Of a stretch of DNA of 64,000 bases, positions 42,937 to 58,900 are shown piece by piece; the stretch's first letter is position 1, and each line of letters starts with the position of its first letter. Below the pieces are notes generated by a model. That model was not told the DNA's origin, searched no databases, and saw only the letters and a list, made by a program, of their open reading frames with translations. The stretch covers positions 19,654,001 to 19,718,000 of the forward strand of contig CM022670.1 in NCBI GenBank assembly GCA_012295275.1. Reading direction: 5' to 3'. Both the position numbers and the translations under genes were made by a program. Origin of the DNA: Chrysomallon squamiferum (lineage: Eukaryota > Animalia > Mollusca).

Positions 42937-44299
42937 TTCACTTTATCCGTTTTCTTTTCTTTTATGTTTAATAATTTCAATTGGTGGTTCTCAAGTGTTT
43001 AATTCTGGAAAGAATATACATATTTTTTCTTTTTTATTATTTACAGATGGTTTATATTTAAAATATTCAGAGTGTTTTCAGACAATATTAAATCTAAGAT
43101 TTAATTCCTTTATTTATAAAAAATAATGTTTGCTATCATATACAGTCCTATAACTTACGTCATACCGCATAATATCTTTACCAGTTTAACAACTATAAAT
43201 AATAATTAGTAATGTAATAGTATTAACAAAAGTATTCAGAATTATTTCCTGTGAACTTTTTGATTAGCTCAAACAGTAATCAGACATAAACAATACCTTA
43301 TACACATTTAGTGATACACGATTCCAAATAAAAGTAGTACTTCTATTACAGACAACATATATACATTTGTTTATTTCCTAGTTTTAGCTTTAAGTAATAA
43401 TACTACATATTAATTATTTATCAGAACTATTATTTCATTAAATATATTTTCAAGCAAGTGTACATTTGTTTATATGTGTATAAAGGTATTGTGTTGACGA
43501 CTATGTACATGTATGCGTTATGTACATGGCCACGTGTATGAATATATCTTCATACACAGAGAAGATACGCACGCACTCACGCTTACACACATATATATGC
43601 ATACATGCATAGACACACACATTAATATAAACATATATACGTTCATACATACATACATACAGCGTTACTTCGGGGAAAGAGAAGTATGCCTCCCGGTTAT
43701 TGAGCAATCTTTTTAGGGTTGTTTTGATGGCCTGACGGTTCTGATACTATACGTAAAATATAGTACTTATGCAGACAAAACATTTAAAAACATAGCTGTA
43801 GACTATCATATGTATCTCAATAGTGACACTGTAATAGGAAACAATTACTCATCAATCTACAAACTGCTCCAGTTCGTTTCTAAAATGTATCCATTCATGC
43901 ATGTCCATGTTGTGAATAACATAAATAACTGATCTCTAGCTTCAAACATTTGTCTCGTTATAGAACAGTCAACTGAGCTGTTTTCTCTGCACTCTGTTAT
44001 GTCTGAAAGACAACTTATGACGAAGTACAATATTATGTATAGTTACGGTGTTCGATTCATATACCTTGATGTGTAAATAATACTTTTATATTACATTAAA
44101 TGCTTCAATTTTTATTATTATTATTATCTGTTTATCGCATGAACAGTAGTCAGACGCTCTAGGTCAAACGTTCTAGGTCAGCTGTATTCATTTATCATAC
44201 ACCCGTACCCACATAAGAACATATGCCCACAGACATATCACACACACACACACACATATATAAACAGGTATGTATTTGAGTGAGATAATGTATATCAAA

Positions 44300-45340
44300 A
44301 TGTTACTGTGTGTTGTGACCTAATTTAAGTATGAGAAAAAAATTGTTTTCATGGATCCAACTTTAATCTCAGTGTGTTTAATTTAACAGGCTATATCAGG
44401 TGAATATCTTTTCTCATTGGTGAATGATGATAATGAGTCTTGTATTAACTCGCAATTTTGCTTCCTGGTTGCTTTGTCCAGGTAGTGGTGGTGATAGTAC
44501 ATGTTTGATAGAATTAGAGAAATAATGTACCAGGAAGATATTACGTTTCAATGAACATGAAGACTCGTTTCAGAATAGCGATATGAATATAAATAGCTGG
44601 GACTTTCTGTTTTTGAAATATAAACAATTTCAACAACAAAGAGTTATAATTAATAATTATGTATACTGTTTTATACATACTAACTGAGGTTCAGTATTTA
44701 CACATTCCTTTTTTATTATCATGTGTCTTCTTTCATGTGAATATGTTGTTTATTGTTACAGTGTTATCAGAACTATATAAAACAACACAATCACATAAGT
44801 AGTATATTAACTATTAATTATTTAACGTACGTTCAGAGGACAATGATATACAAGTTTGATGAAAGATGAGTTACTTGATAACATAAATATACAAATACTT
44901 ACATTCTAAGTGTCACAGAACAAAACACGAGTACTGAATATTTCTATATAAACTGTTTTGATCTTCACTAGATAGCACTAAACATAATTCTTTAATTATA
45001 ATTGTACTTTCCTGTACATGAACACAATTTTAGTTTAAATGACTGGCTCCTTTTAGTAAAATATTCACAGAAAACATTTATAAGAGCCATAATTGCTGTA
45101 GCAAGGCTGATATTCCTATAACTATACTGTTGAGACACTGTATAACTATATGTATTATTACTACAATAAATATAACAATTATTTATAATTACATTGTATA
45201 GTTAATACAAGTAGTTTTGAATACTGAAGCGATCTGTTGGACTTCAGATAAACTGGAGAATACAAAAATTATAAAAACTATAATAGTTGTTATTAGTACT
45301 AATAATACTGTTAACAACAATTTCCCCAAAAGACCTGTAA
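44300..45340 (+). pseudogene. Emptied gene unit: promoter and intron-1 relic with coding exons deleted
   Basis: Matches the SP1 upstream region (ggatccaa...cttcctggttgctttgtc), jumps directly to intron-1 sequence, then joins the 3' flank seen after gene B. Confidence 0.65.
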
Positions 45341-47960
45341 TTTTATTAAATGTCTAATATCGTATATTTTGACTATTTAGTAAAATTAATAGGCTGAATA
45401 TTACTATTAATTAATTATGAACTAATCTCATCATGACGCTTGTTTAATAAGAAGCTGCTGATTATGTTTGTCCTAAACAGCTGGAGCTGAACTGAGTACT
45501 GAAAGTATTTGTACGTTGCAAATTAAAATATTTATATGAGGCACACGATGATGATTCACTTAGTATGGTTAAGAGTATATTATACAGACTGACACTAACC
45601 AATTACGAAAGATTGGATCCAAGGAAATATTTTATTGTAATAAACTAAAAATGTTTTATTTTGTATATATTCATGGCGGCCAACAATCATGACACAATCC
45701 AGTAATAAGTAAAAAATAAAGTAAATTATTATGATAAACAGAATTTTGAAACTGCTTTGATATAGATTTGACTACATATATAGTTCATTTCTTTTTTTTC
45801 TTAAACGCTATACAAAATGTTTCAGTGCAACCACACATATTCTGGTATAGCAGTTTATAAAAAATATTACAATTATTGTTGTTTCGCTTTTTCTCTTTTT
45901 CCTTTTTAATATGTGTAATAACTATATATGGTGCCTCACAAGTGTTTGATTCTGGACAAATTATACACATTTATTTTTAAAATATTTAGACGATGTTTAG
46001 AGGGTATTTAGCGTATTCAGGATATTTTCAAACGATATTAAAACTCAAATTTAAATTCTTTTACTAAAATATTAAATTTTTCTATCATACACAGCTCAGT
46101 AACTTATCTTCTTTACCAGTTTTATTACCTTATTGTTATTTCAGAAGTATTCCCCTTGAAATCGTATTATGATATATCTCTGTAATAGACATGTGTGTAT
46201 GTTTGTTTATCCGTTTGGTTCTATGTTTTTTTCTTCTTATGTATGTATGAGTGTTTGTGCCTGTACATACACACATGCGCATTGAGAGAGATTTATTTTG
46301 TATGAATGTATGTATACAGTACAATTTAAAAAATTTTTATTGAAATATTTAAATTTTTCTATCATATATAGATGAGGAACATATTCTTTACCAATTTATT
46401 ACTTTATTGGTATTTCAGAATTTCCCCTTGAAATCGTATGATATGTCTCTATAATAGAAATGTGTGTATGTTTGTTTATCTGTTTGTTTGTATTTTTTCT
46501 TAATTATTATATTATGTATTCAGTATTTTTCAACAACAATATATCATTTAATATATATTAAATCCAGTGAACGTTAGTTTATATATTCATTAAGATATCA
46601 GCGTTTGCGCATTGAGATTTATACCCATATATATATATATATACACACACACACAAATACACACACACATACAAGTAAGTTTGTATGTATGTATGTATAC
46701 AGTGAAAAAAAAAAATTAACCTGCTAATCAGAGCCAGCTGTTGTGAAGCTGTATATAGTACAAAAAGGCTACAGATATTGTAACAGAAAAAGGTTACACC
46801 TCAATTTACATACCGCTCAACATCTTTTCAAATATTTATCCATTCATGTGTGTCTCAGATACGTGACGTGAATGATATTAAGAAATGGCCTGTGAGCGTC
46901 AACCTTTTGTCTCGTTATAAAAGAGTCAAATGATCTGTTTTCGTTACACTCAACAAAACTATTGCGAAGTGCAATATTATGTATCATTATGTTGTTTGTT
47001 TCATATACCTTGGTTGTATTGACTGCATTTTCAGATTACATTAAATGCTACAAAAATACTGCGTAGGAGTAGTTGGATTGAATCGCTCTATGTCAAACGA
47101 TCTGCATAGATAAAAATATTTTACATTTATTAACATTTATATATATATATATGTCTAAAATGTTTAACACTATATTAACTTACAGGTTTTATTTTTATTT
47201 CCAAGTGAAATAATTTTTAAAAACGTTTTTGTTGCAAAGGTTTCAAGCATTAAAACGTTTGTTCTTATTTTAGAAGGAACAGGCCTGCGTCTTAGTTTTA
47301 TTAAGGATCTTGATTACACTAAAGATTTATTCTCTAAACAATAAATAAAACAAATAAATATCACAGCATCCATATCGAGATGTTATTCACTATAACAAAA
47401 AATTAACAAAATAAAATTCTCAAGTTTTGTATTATTTGTTAAATTTCGTCATTGACAGCATTCCCGCATTGTCACACAGACTCAGTTTTAGAAAACAACA
47501 CCTTTTCGGAGATATATTTTAAATAAACTTAAATTTTCACCGATTACTGTAACCCTTTCCAGTGTAAGATATATTGACAGATATTTATTTATTCATTCAG
47601 TCAGTCTGCGTGACTGTGTGTGTGAGTGTTCATATCTAAAGTACTTTTTCTTTAGTGTTCTTATAAAAAAGGTGTTTTAGTTTAATTCAGTTTCTGATAT
47701 AAAAGGTCATTAACAGCTATTAAACAAATACATTACAGCAAAATGGGCAGCGCTTTTATCATCACTGTACAAATCCTTTATGTTTCACACAATCATGTAT
47801 ATTAATCATGAGTTATATTTAAGCATTAATTAATCACTTACTCATTTATTTATTTTTTGATTATTTAATTATTTTTTTGTGAACAGTTCTAAACGTTTTC
47901 CTTCCTTTCCTGCTCTGATAATCCTTTACTTTTAAAAGAAGTAGCTGTATTTTTAAATAG

Positions 47961-48017
<57 letters not shown>

Positions 48018-48382
48018 GGTGTGTGTGAGTGTATATGCGTTTGTGTGTTTTGTTTCCATATATATGTATATGTGCATCTGTGTACTTTTCTATGTTCTTA
48101 TTATATGTTTTATACTCTTATATACAAAGGGTATTATTACACCTTTTTGATAAAAGAATGTTATGTGACCTAATTTCAGTACGAGTAAAAAACCCGTTCT
48201 CCCGGATCCAAATTTAACCTCAATGTATTACATTCCTCTGTTCTATTCATATTTGTTAAGAACTTTTCACCAGAACATATTAGATGGTGTTTATCTTTTC
48301 TCATTGGTGAATCATGACAACGAGTCTTGTGTAAACTCGCAGTTTTACTTCCTTGTTGGTTTGTCTACGAAACATTTTCGCT

Positions 48383-48461
48383 ATGGCTGGGTGCTGGATA
48401 AGCCTTCAGTTTCTAGTTTGTTGTTTGAGTTTACAATCAGCACAGACGATAGCCGAATATA
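48383..48461 (+). CDS. Gene D signal-peptide exon SP1
   Basis: MAGCWISLQFLVCCLSLQSAQTIAEY + A|GTAAGT. Confidence 0.72.
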
Positions 48462-48472
48462 GTAAGTTATAA

Positions 48473-48505
<33 letters not shown>

Positions 48506-49524
48506 GGTGGTGGTGGTGGTGGTGTTGTCGTTGATGATGTTGTTACTGATGGTGGCACATGATTGAGAGAATTAGAGAAATCATGTACCAAGTAGATGTT
48601 AGGTTTCAGTGGACAGGAATACACGTTTCAGCACAGCGATATGAGTATAAATAGTTGTTGTTGTTATCGTTATTGTAATATAAACACGTTCAGCTACAAC
48701 AATAACAAATAATAATTAATTAACAATGTTTTATATATACTAACCATTAATAATATAATGTTTTGAAGTTCATTATTTTTCATGTGCCTTCTTTCATGTA
48801 CTTCTGCTGTTTATTGTTACAACGTTATCAAAACCATGAAATAAGAATATTAAACAACACAATAATATAAGTAGTATATTGTCTATTTATTATTTATCGT
48901 ACGTGCAGAGGACACTGATATACAAGTTTGATGAAAGATGAGTTACTTGATAACATAATTGTAAATTGATAACAGATACTTACATTCTAAGTGACACAGA
49001 AAAAGCATGAGTACTGATTATTTCTTTATAAACTATAAACTGTTCTGATTTTAACTGCAGCAAGTACAAAGCATAGCACTAGACATAATTCTTTAATTAT
49101 AATTATACTTTCCTGCACATGGACACGATTTTAGTTTAAATGACTGGCGGCTTTTAGTAAAATATTCAGAGAAATGAAGAAAACAGTTATAAAACAATAA
49201 TTGCTGTAGCAAGGCTGTCATTCCTATAAGCAGTTATATTAACTATACTGTTGAGATACTGATATAACTATATGTATTATTACTACAGTAAGTATAACAA
49301 TTATTTATAATTACACTATATATTTAATACAAGTAGTTTTGAATACTGAGGCGATCTATTGGATTTCAGATACACTGGAGAACACAAAAAGTATAATAAA
49401 TAATATAGCTGATATTACTATTAATAATACCGTTTAACAACAATTTCCTGTAATTTAAAAGCTCTTTGTTGATAAGTATACGTCACTTTAGAGTTTTCAA
49501 AAGAAATGCGAATTTAATGCAGTG

Positions 49525-49595
<71 letters not shown>

Positions 49596-51076
49596 ACGTA
49601 TATAAATCTATGGCTCTATGACTGGCTCTTTTCATCTCATGTATCTCATTTCCACACAGATATTAATAAAATTACAAACAGACTGAGTCTCTCTTTTGAA
49701 GCGTGATTCTGTATCGTTCCCGAATCGGACACAAGATAATTTTACTTCCTTGTTTATTACATTGGATAATGGCTGCAACGTGGATATGTTTTCGTTTTTT
49801 ATTTTGTTATCTGATTTTAGGGTCAGGAAAAACGTTTGCTTCTTCGGGTAATTTAATTTTAATTAATATTTTTCGAAGTCTAATTTTAACTTACTGTAAT
49901 AAAAATATTCTAAACACAATTTTGCAGTGAAGTTTTATTTTTCTTTGTCTGTTATTATCACCACCAAGAAGACGTAACGTTTCAGTAAATAATCAATACC
50001 TATTTCAGAATAACGAATTAAATGTAAACAAGCTGCGGTTTTGTTGTTGTTTTTTGTTGTTTAAATACATATGTAATGGAAAAAGTCAAAGTTTCTTTCA
50101 CGTTTGCTAGTGATGATTATGAATAATAAAATTAATAACCTATAATTTGTTTTTATTAATCTAATTATGTATTCTTTAATGTAAATATGCTGTTTATTAC
50201 TTTAGCGTTCTCAAAACGATCAAAATAAACAACATCTATTAAGACAATTTAACTATATAAATTAATTTCACTACATATATTAAGTACAACCAAATAATAA
50301 TAATAATAATAATAATAAAATAACAAAGAACCATTTTAAGATAAATAGTATATCAATAACGCTTCAATATTTAACTGGTAACAATCTTACGTTAATCTAC
50401 TTATATTTTTTTCTCAGAATAAATATCAGTTTTAAACTACATATTTTTGGTGTCTTGACTATGTCGCGTACAAAGCATAGCGCTACGCATACTTCCTTTA
50501 ATGTTAATTGTACTTTTTCTGCAACAGAAGATTTGTGTGTTTAAACTCAAGTAAAGACACAATTTTATGTTTATATGACTGGCTACAATCAATAAATGAT
50601 TCAGTTACGTAGAAAAGAGTAGTTATAAAAGCAATAATATTAATTAAGATGCAGAAATACTGCCATAATCACTGAGATATTTATCATTTCTAAATCACTG
50701 TCAATTTTCAACAAAAATTAATAAGAAATCTGTCCTATTTTATACTACTTATCATGAATTCAGCTACAGATTACTGAATGCTTTCTGAGTTGTTTAAAAT
50801 ATTGTGGAAATATTTTGAATATTATAGTAGGAGAGGAACTCATGACATTGTATATTTTATTTCGGCTTTATTTATTTTGTGTGGTTTTGGGTGAATGGAT
50901 GGATCACCAGCTGTATAGGGTTTATTACAAAACGACATTTTAAATGACAGCACATATTATATATACGAAGTACAGCAAATTAATTCTGTGCTCATGGTTG
51001 CTACTTCGATGTGTATTTTCTTTCTAATTTGGAAAAGGGTTTCTGTATCTGCTTACGTGTTGTTGTTTTTGTTGAT

Positions 51077-51107
<31 letters not shown>

Positions 51108-51445
51108 TTTTTTCTATATTAGCCAGGTAGTGAGACAAACAGAAAGAAGTCAAAAGTCTCAGTTACTTGAGAATTGTCTCTATAAAGGTAATAAAGTATC
51201 AGCCTAATGATGAACCAAAATACAAATTCTCCAACGCCAGTTACTGTCTTTAACATAATTTTTGTTCGTTTGTTTTCTTGTTCTTGTTTAGGTTTAGGTT
51301 TTGTTTTGTTTGTTGTTATTGTTGTTTTTGTTGTTTTAGGGGTTTTTGTTTATTTTTTTTCAGTTGTTTTTGATTGTTTTGTTTGTTATTTGACGGGTTT
51401 TTACTTGTTGATTTTCTTTCTCTTTCTCTCTCTCTCTCTCTCTCG

Positions 51446-51477
<32 letters not shown>

Positions 51478-52887
51478 TTCTCTTTTAATCTCTGATCTCT
51501 ATATATCTCTCTGTTAAAAGCAAAACCCTTAAACAAACACTACTCTATCTTCTTTTGATCTCTGTCTTAGATGTTCAACCAAGCATCACCCGGTTTCAAT
51601 CTGATAATGTTATTTTCACAGGTGGAATAAGTTGTCATAATTATCCTTCCTTGTTCTCTCGTACTACAAAGCGTATTGGCTGCTCTGTGGCCATACATAT
51701 ATATTCTAGTTTGTTTCATTTTTGTTATTCCGGGTGACGTATAAATTTTATCAAACTGCAGACTTTACCTTTCTTTTTGTTTTTTCTTAATTTCAGTTTT
51801 CTTACATTAGGAAGTCTTATATCTATGTGGGATACATACTAGGAAAAATAGACAAGAATGTTTTAAAATCTGAATGGAAAACTAATTAGTCTATTAAAGA
51901 ACGTGATATCACATCAAGTTTCGTGTGTGATTTTATTCAAACAAACATCTTAGAAAAGGTGTTATTACTGGTATTACTGTTATAAGACTATCTGCATATA
52001 ACTAAACGTACTTATAATTATATTATTATTCAGTCTATTGGTAAGTGATAATATGTTTTAATATTATCTGTATTTATTGGATTTAAAACTTTCTTTGTTA
52101 TAATTTAAAGAGTTCAATCTCCCAAAGGGTTTATTCATAATTATTTTGTAAATGGTTGGAAGGAAATTATTGAAGATAATATATTTATTTTTCCTACTGA
52201 AATAATTTATTTTACTCATTTATTTATTTATTCATTCATTCAGTCATTAATTTGTGTAATATTTTTCAGTAAATGTAGCTTGGAATAAAAATGCATATCA
52301 AAATTCTTATGAGAATGGTTATAAAAATCATGCTTCAAGAGGCGTTGATGAACAAACCTATGGATCATGGTCTGTGTCTATTCACACAGCTACAAACCAG
52401 CCTTACACTTGGTGGGAAGTGGATTTAGGAAAACCTTACTTTATTCATCAAGTTAAAATATATTTCAGATATGACTGTAAGTATGAATATTAAACTATGA
52501 ATATACAATATGTACCATTAAGTAAAACAAATACTGATGTTTGTAAATTTTAACTTTTAAGTGAGGGAAATGGTTATCAATTTTATGCTGTTTCTTTTGT
52601 TGTTGTTGTTGTTGTTGATGATGATGATGTATAATTATTACAACAGGTTATTAGCTAAAGCTTGTGTTTATAATGTATCCAGGACAGCATTATTAATTTA
52701 TTGGTGACAATGTTTAATCCATAAATTGTATCCGAAGGTTACTGTTTAAGATCATGTTTCCACAATTTCATTCTACTATGGAACTTCTGAACGTGTCCTC
52801 TGTTTAAATACGTTTTGTCGACACAATTCATAGACAGTAACTTTATTCATTAAAATCATTCTGAAATTTCTTTTTCTTAACATGCAT

Positions 52888-52922
<35 letters not shown>

Positions 52923-55900
52923 CATTTTACTAAATTATTTAGTTACTTATTTTAAGTAATATTATTTGAATTTATTAATAAAAGTAAGAAATAAATTGTA
53001 TTTCATTGCTTAAGGTGACTGTAGTCCTAGTTCTCGTATTTTTTTCAAGCTTCTAAGTACATTGTAATACAGAAATGTTTCTAATTTAGTTAAATGGAGA
53101 AGAAATGGAGCGAGACAGTCTAACAACCCAGAACATCTGTGTGGTACTGTTACTGGTAGAAAAGATGGATCTGACATTGATGAAGTTGTGACAATAAACT
53201 GTGATGTCAACGCTAGATACGTGACTGTTTATCAAGGAACAAATAATGGAAAATCGACAGCACTGGACTTTGTAGAAGTGGAAGTTTATGGTAATTCAAC
53301 ACATAATTGATATTTGTCATTAGTGATAATTACTACTCTATTGATTATTGCAATTATAGGATCTCAGTAGAAATTTATAATAGACAAGAAACTATTATAT
53401 TTAATAATACAGGGGAAAAAACAAGGAAACAAATCATTTAACTACCACAATGTTGAGATGGCTTGAATCAGTTAGAAATACATAATTTTTATTTTTATTT
53501 CTCAATTGAATTTATTCTCACATAATTATTGTGCTTCATTAAATATCTTTCATATATTTGATTTTGGGGGATTTATGGTATTTCCATTAAAATTCGTTGA
53601 TTTATCAAATGATAACGACTTTTTCATTATCACAGAATTAAAATAAACATTCAACAGTACTTAGACCACATCTCAGTAGGATGGAATTGAGGTTGCCTGC
53701 CATTTGTTACACACCTAGTTGTTATACAGTCAATTTAGGGACGAAGACACCAAATCTCTATAATATTAGTGGACCAGATACCGGCTGAATACATTTGTAT
53801 ACTGATACGTACTGTAAACCTGTAATATATGTCCTAGTGCTTCATGAATAGTTCATGCATGCTGAATGTAATATAATAATTTGTGACTGAATTCATAGTA
53901 AATAGATGTGAATATGTATTTCCGTAAATATTTCTTAATTGTTTGTATTATAAATTATTCCTTAAGCTGACTGAGTAACAATTGGGAAGAATTGTTCACT
54001 ATTGATGCTATGTAGAAGGCATATGATTAGCATTTCATTCAGCCATGATTTGTGTTGCTATAAACGGGATATATAACAAATTGGAAGATATCTTCACAAG
54101 CATAGTTTTCAAAATATACATTTCCTTATATATATTTATTTGCTCTTTCTTTTTTATTATTTTTTATTTACTTATTTCTTCTTCTTTTTTCTTTTTTTTC
54201 TTTTTGTTTTCTTTTTTATTTCCTTTTCAATATTTTTGTTTTAATTGATATAATTTTAATCTATTTTAGGAACTTGTCAAACAGATATCTATTACGGATC
54301 TAACTGTGACAAATCGTGTAATAACCGTCATTGTCAGTATACAAGTTCATGTCCTGCTGATACAGGATCTTGTAATGGAGGATGTCAGACAGGATATTAC
54401 GGCACTGCCTGTGATAAATCGTGTAGTAACCGTCATTGTCAGTATACAAGTTCATGTCCTACTGATGATACAGGATCTTGTAACGGAGGATGTCAGACAG
54501 GATATTACGGCACTGCCTGTGATAAATCGTGTAGTAACCGTCATTGTCAGTATACAAGTTCATGTCCTACTGATGATACAGGTTCTTGTAATGGAGGATG
54601 TCAGACAGGATATTACGGCACTGCTTGTGACAAATCGTGTAACAACCATCATTGTCTTTATCCAAGTTCATGTCCTGCTGATACAGGTTCTTGTAATGGA
54701 GGATGTCAGACAGGATATTACGGCACTGCTTGTGATAAATTGTGTAGTAACCGTCACTGTCAATCTACAAATTCATGCCCTGCTGACACGGGTTCCTGTT
54801 ATGGAGGATGTAAAGTTGGATGGATTGGAGTTGACTGTACAGGTAACTAAATCATAACTACAGAGAGAAAATTTATAGAAACATGTATCTTCATTGTAAC
54901 TAATTTCTATGCAACGACTGGAGGGCATTGTGGGGATTAATTCACTAAAACTAAAGATTCGGACAATATTTCATGGCCCATTTATTAGTAATTTACTATG
55001 TGCTTTAAATAGTAATTATTAGTTTATCTATCCGTCCTTTTCGGTGTTTATTTTATGTTTATTTTTATTTTTGTTGATTTTTTTTTTTTTTTTATATAAA
55101 TATACTCAATATATTCAAAATGATTTTACATATTTATTGATTTATTTATTTATTTTCTCTTGATTCCCTATGTATATGTATATATTTAACATATTATTTT
55201 CAGTGGACGTGTATTTAATTTCAGGAGCATACGTTTCGTAAGGTTTAAATTTTACCCTAATTTATCTCTTTTTTTTTTTTTCTTTGTTTTTCTCTCTTTT
55301 TTTTCAGATTGCGGGGACAGGGCTTGTTAGTTTTTTACATCAAATAACTGTACTGAATACGTTGTTGTTAAAAAATACATTTATTTTCTTCATGATTATT
55401 TAAAATGCTTATCAAACAGACAGATAAATGAAAGTATTAGATCAGAAAAGACAAACGACTTATTTGGTTACTTTATTTATGTTTTAGTTATGTGTCAGTC
55501 AGGTACAACATATGGTACTAACTGTAACAAACTGTGTAGAGATCGTCACTGTAGGAATTCGCAACAAAGCTGTGCTATAGAAACTGGATCATGTAATGGA
55601 CAATGTCAGATAGGCTGGGCTGAAGTCGATTGTACAGGTAATTAAACATTTTAAAACAAACATCACTACCACGGAACAAAATAAAATATATATTAAATAT
55701 ATAATAAATATATCTCGTTACTTTTTGTTCTTGCTAATCTGTACATCATTTAAGTGGCTGTTATATATCAATTTAAATGCTGTGATATTATGTAATTATG
55801 AAACATGTCCAGGCTATAAATATTTCTAACAACCCTATGATTTAATTTAACGGTGACTTTATGTAAACGCAATATTTTTTTATTTAAATTTATATTTAAT

Positions 55901-58900
55901 TTTATTCGAGATTTGTATAATATTCTGTGCAAGGTCAGTTATTTTTAACACTTCTCTTTTTGTTGTTCTTCTATTTATTTTATTATTTTTTATATTATTT
56001 TTATTATTATTATTAATATATATATTGTAAAATAAAGTACAGTCGTGTGATGTAACGCCACTTTCTTTCTATCAATCAATACTTCTAATTATTTGTGTAT
56101 TAATCAAATTTAAAGAGTTAATATATACCCAAATACTGACGAAAGCCTAATGAATTATTTTACTTATTCGATTTCTTCGATGCTTTCAGCGTGTCAGTCA
56201 GGTACAACATATGGTACTAACTGTGACAAACAATGTAGTGATCGTCACTGTTTTAATTCGCTACAAAGCTGTCCTACAGACACTGGATCATGTAATGGAC
56301 AATGTCAGACAGGCTGGGCTGGAGTCGATTGTACAGGTAATTAAACTTTTTAGAACTAACATCACTATCACGGAACAAAAGAAAAAATGAATAAAGAAAA
56401 TTGAAAAGAGAAAACAAGGAAAAAACCCACTTTAAAATGTGTATATAACTCTGACCTGGCCGCTTTACTTTTCTTTAGGAATTTGGGCGAAGGGAGAGAT
56501 AACACAAAAATGAAAGGTGAATTTATGCTTATTTGAAAACATCCGAGCAGTTTCAGTGCCTATTTTATTTTTGCTCTATAATTATTACAATTTTTATGTT
56601 ATGTTATGGAACAAAATTATTTTCGAAATTCAATAAAAACACATTTGACAAAAACATATTATTTATAGATTTACGAAAACTGTTTTATATACACGTACCA
56701 AATTATGTTTTATTATCATTTTACAGAGCCTGGGTATTTGTTTCAGAGTTTTTGTAGGAGCGGTCAGTCACACTAGGCATATATTATTTGTGTATATTAA
56801 ATATACCTCATCATTTATTATTATTATTATTATTATCATCATCATCGTCGTCGTCGTCGTCATTATCATTATTAACAGCATTTGGAATGTTGATCAATCA
56901 GTCAGTTTCTGGAAAGGAAAGTTATATTTCTGAGTGATCCATATTACTTTTATTAATTTTATCATATATCAGTTTAAATGCTGAGGTATGATGTAATTAT
57001 GAAATTTTCGTATCTAGACTATAAATATTTCTAATAAAAAGCCATGATTTATTTTAATGGTGACTATACGTTAACGCAATATTTTTTTATTTAAAATTAT
57101 ATTTAAGATTTCTGATTATTTGTACATTAATCCAATTCAAAGAATTAATATGTACAAATACAGACGAAAGCCTATTGAATTAGTTTACTTATTCGATTTC
57201 TTCGATGCTTTCAGCGTGTCAGTCAGGTACAACATATGGTACTAACTGTGACAAACAATGTAGTGATCGTCACTGTTGGAATTCGCAAGAAAGCTGTCCT
57301 ATAGACACTGGATCATGTAATGGACAATGTCAGACAGGCTGGGCTGGAGTCGATTGTACAGGTAATTAAACTTTTTAGAACTAACATCACTATCACGGAA
57401 CAAAAGGAAAAATGAATAAATAAAATTGAAAAAAGAAAACAAGGAAAAAACCCACTTTAAAATGTTTATATAACTCTGACCTGGCCGCTTTACTTTTCTT
57501 TGGGAATTTGGGCGAAGGGAGAGATAACACAAAAATGAACGGTGAGTTTATACTTTTTTGGAAACATCCGAGCAGATTCAATGCCTATTTTATTTTTGCT
57601 CTATAATTATTACAATTTTTATGTTAAGTTATGGAACAAAATTATTTTCGAAATTCAATAAAAACACATTTGACAAAAACATATTATTTATAGATTTACG
57701 AAAACTGTTTTATATACACGTACCAAATTATGTTTTATTATCATTTTACAGAGCCTGGGTATTTGTTTCAGAGTTTCTGTAGGAGCGGTCAGTCACACTA
57801 GGCATATATTATTTGTGTATATTAAATATACCTCATCATTTATTATTATTATTATTATTATCATCATCGTCGTCGTCGTCGTCGTCATTATCATTATTAA
57901 CAGCATTTGGAATGTTGATCAATCAGTCAGTTTCTGGAAAGGAAAGTTATATTTCTGAGTGATCCATATTACTTTTATTAATTTTATCATATATCAGTTT
58001 AAATGCTGAGGTATGATGTAATTATGAAACTTTCGTATCTAGACTATAAATATTTCTAATAAAAAGCCATGATTTATTTTAATGGTGACTTTACGTTAAC
58101 GCAATATTTTTTTATTTAAAATTATATTTAAGATTTCTGATTATTTGTACATTAATCCAATTCAAAGAATTAATATGTACAAATACAGACGAAAGCCTAT
58201 TGAATTAGTTTACTTATTCGATTTCTTCGATGCTTTCAGCGTGTCAGTCAGGTACAACATATGGTACTAACTGTGACAAACAATGTAGTGATCGTCACTG
58301 TTGGAATTCGCAAGAAAGCTGTCTTATAGACACTGGATCATGTAATGGACAATGTCAGACAGGCTGGGCTGGAGTCGATTGTACAGGTAATTAAACTTTT
58401 TAGAACTAACATCACTATCACGGAACAAAAGGAAAAATGAATAAATAAAATTGAAAAAAGAAAACAAGGAAAAAAACCACTTTAAAATGTTTATATAACT
58501 CTGACCTGGCCGCTTTACTTTTCTTTGGGAATTTGGGCGAAGGGAGAGATAACACAAAAATGAACGGTGAGTTTATACTTTTTTGGAAACATCCGAGCAG
58601 ATTCAATGCCTATTTTATTTTTGCTCTATAATTATTACAATTTTTATGTTAAGTTATGGAACAAAATTATTTTCGAAATTCAATAAAAACACATTTGACA
58701 AAAACATATTATTTATAGATTTACGAAAACTGTTTTATATACACGTACCAAATTATGTTTTATTATCATTTTACAGAGCCTGGGTATTTGTTTCAGAGTT
58801 TCTGTAGGAGCGGTCAGTCACACTAGGCATATATTATTTGTGTATATTAAATATACCTCATCATTTATTATTATTATTATTATTATCATCATCATCGTCG

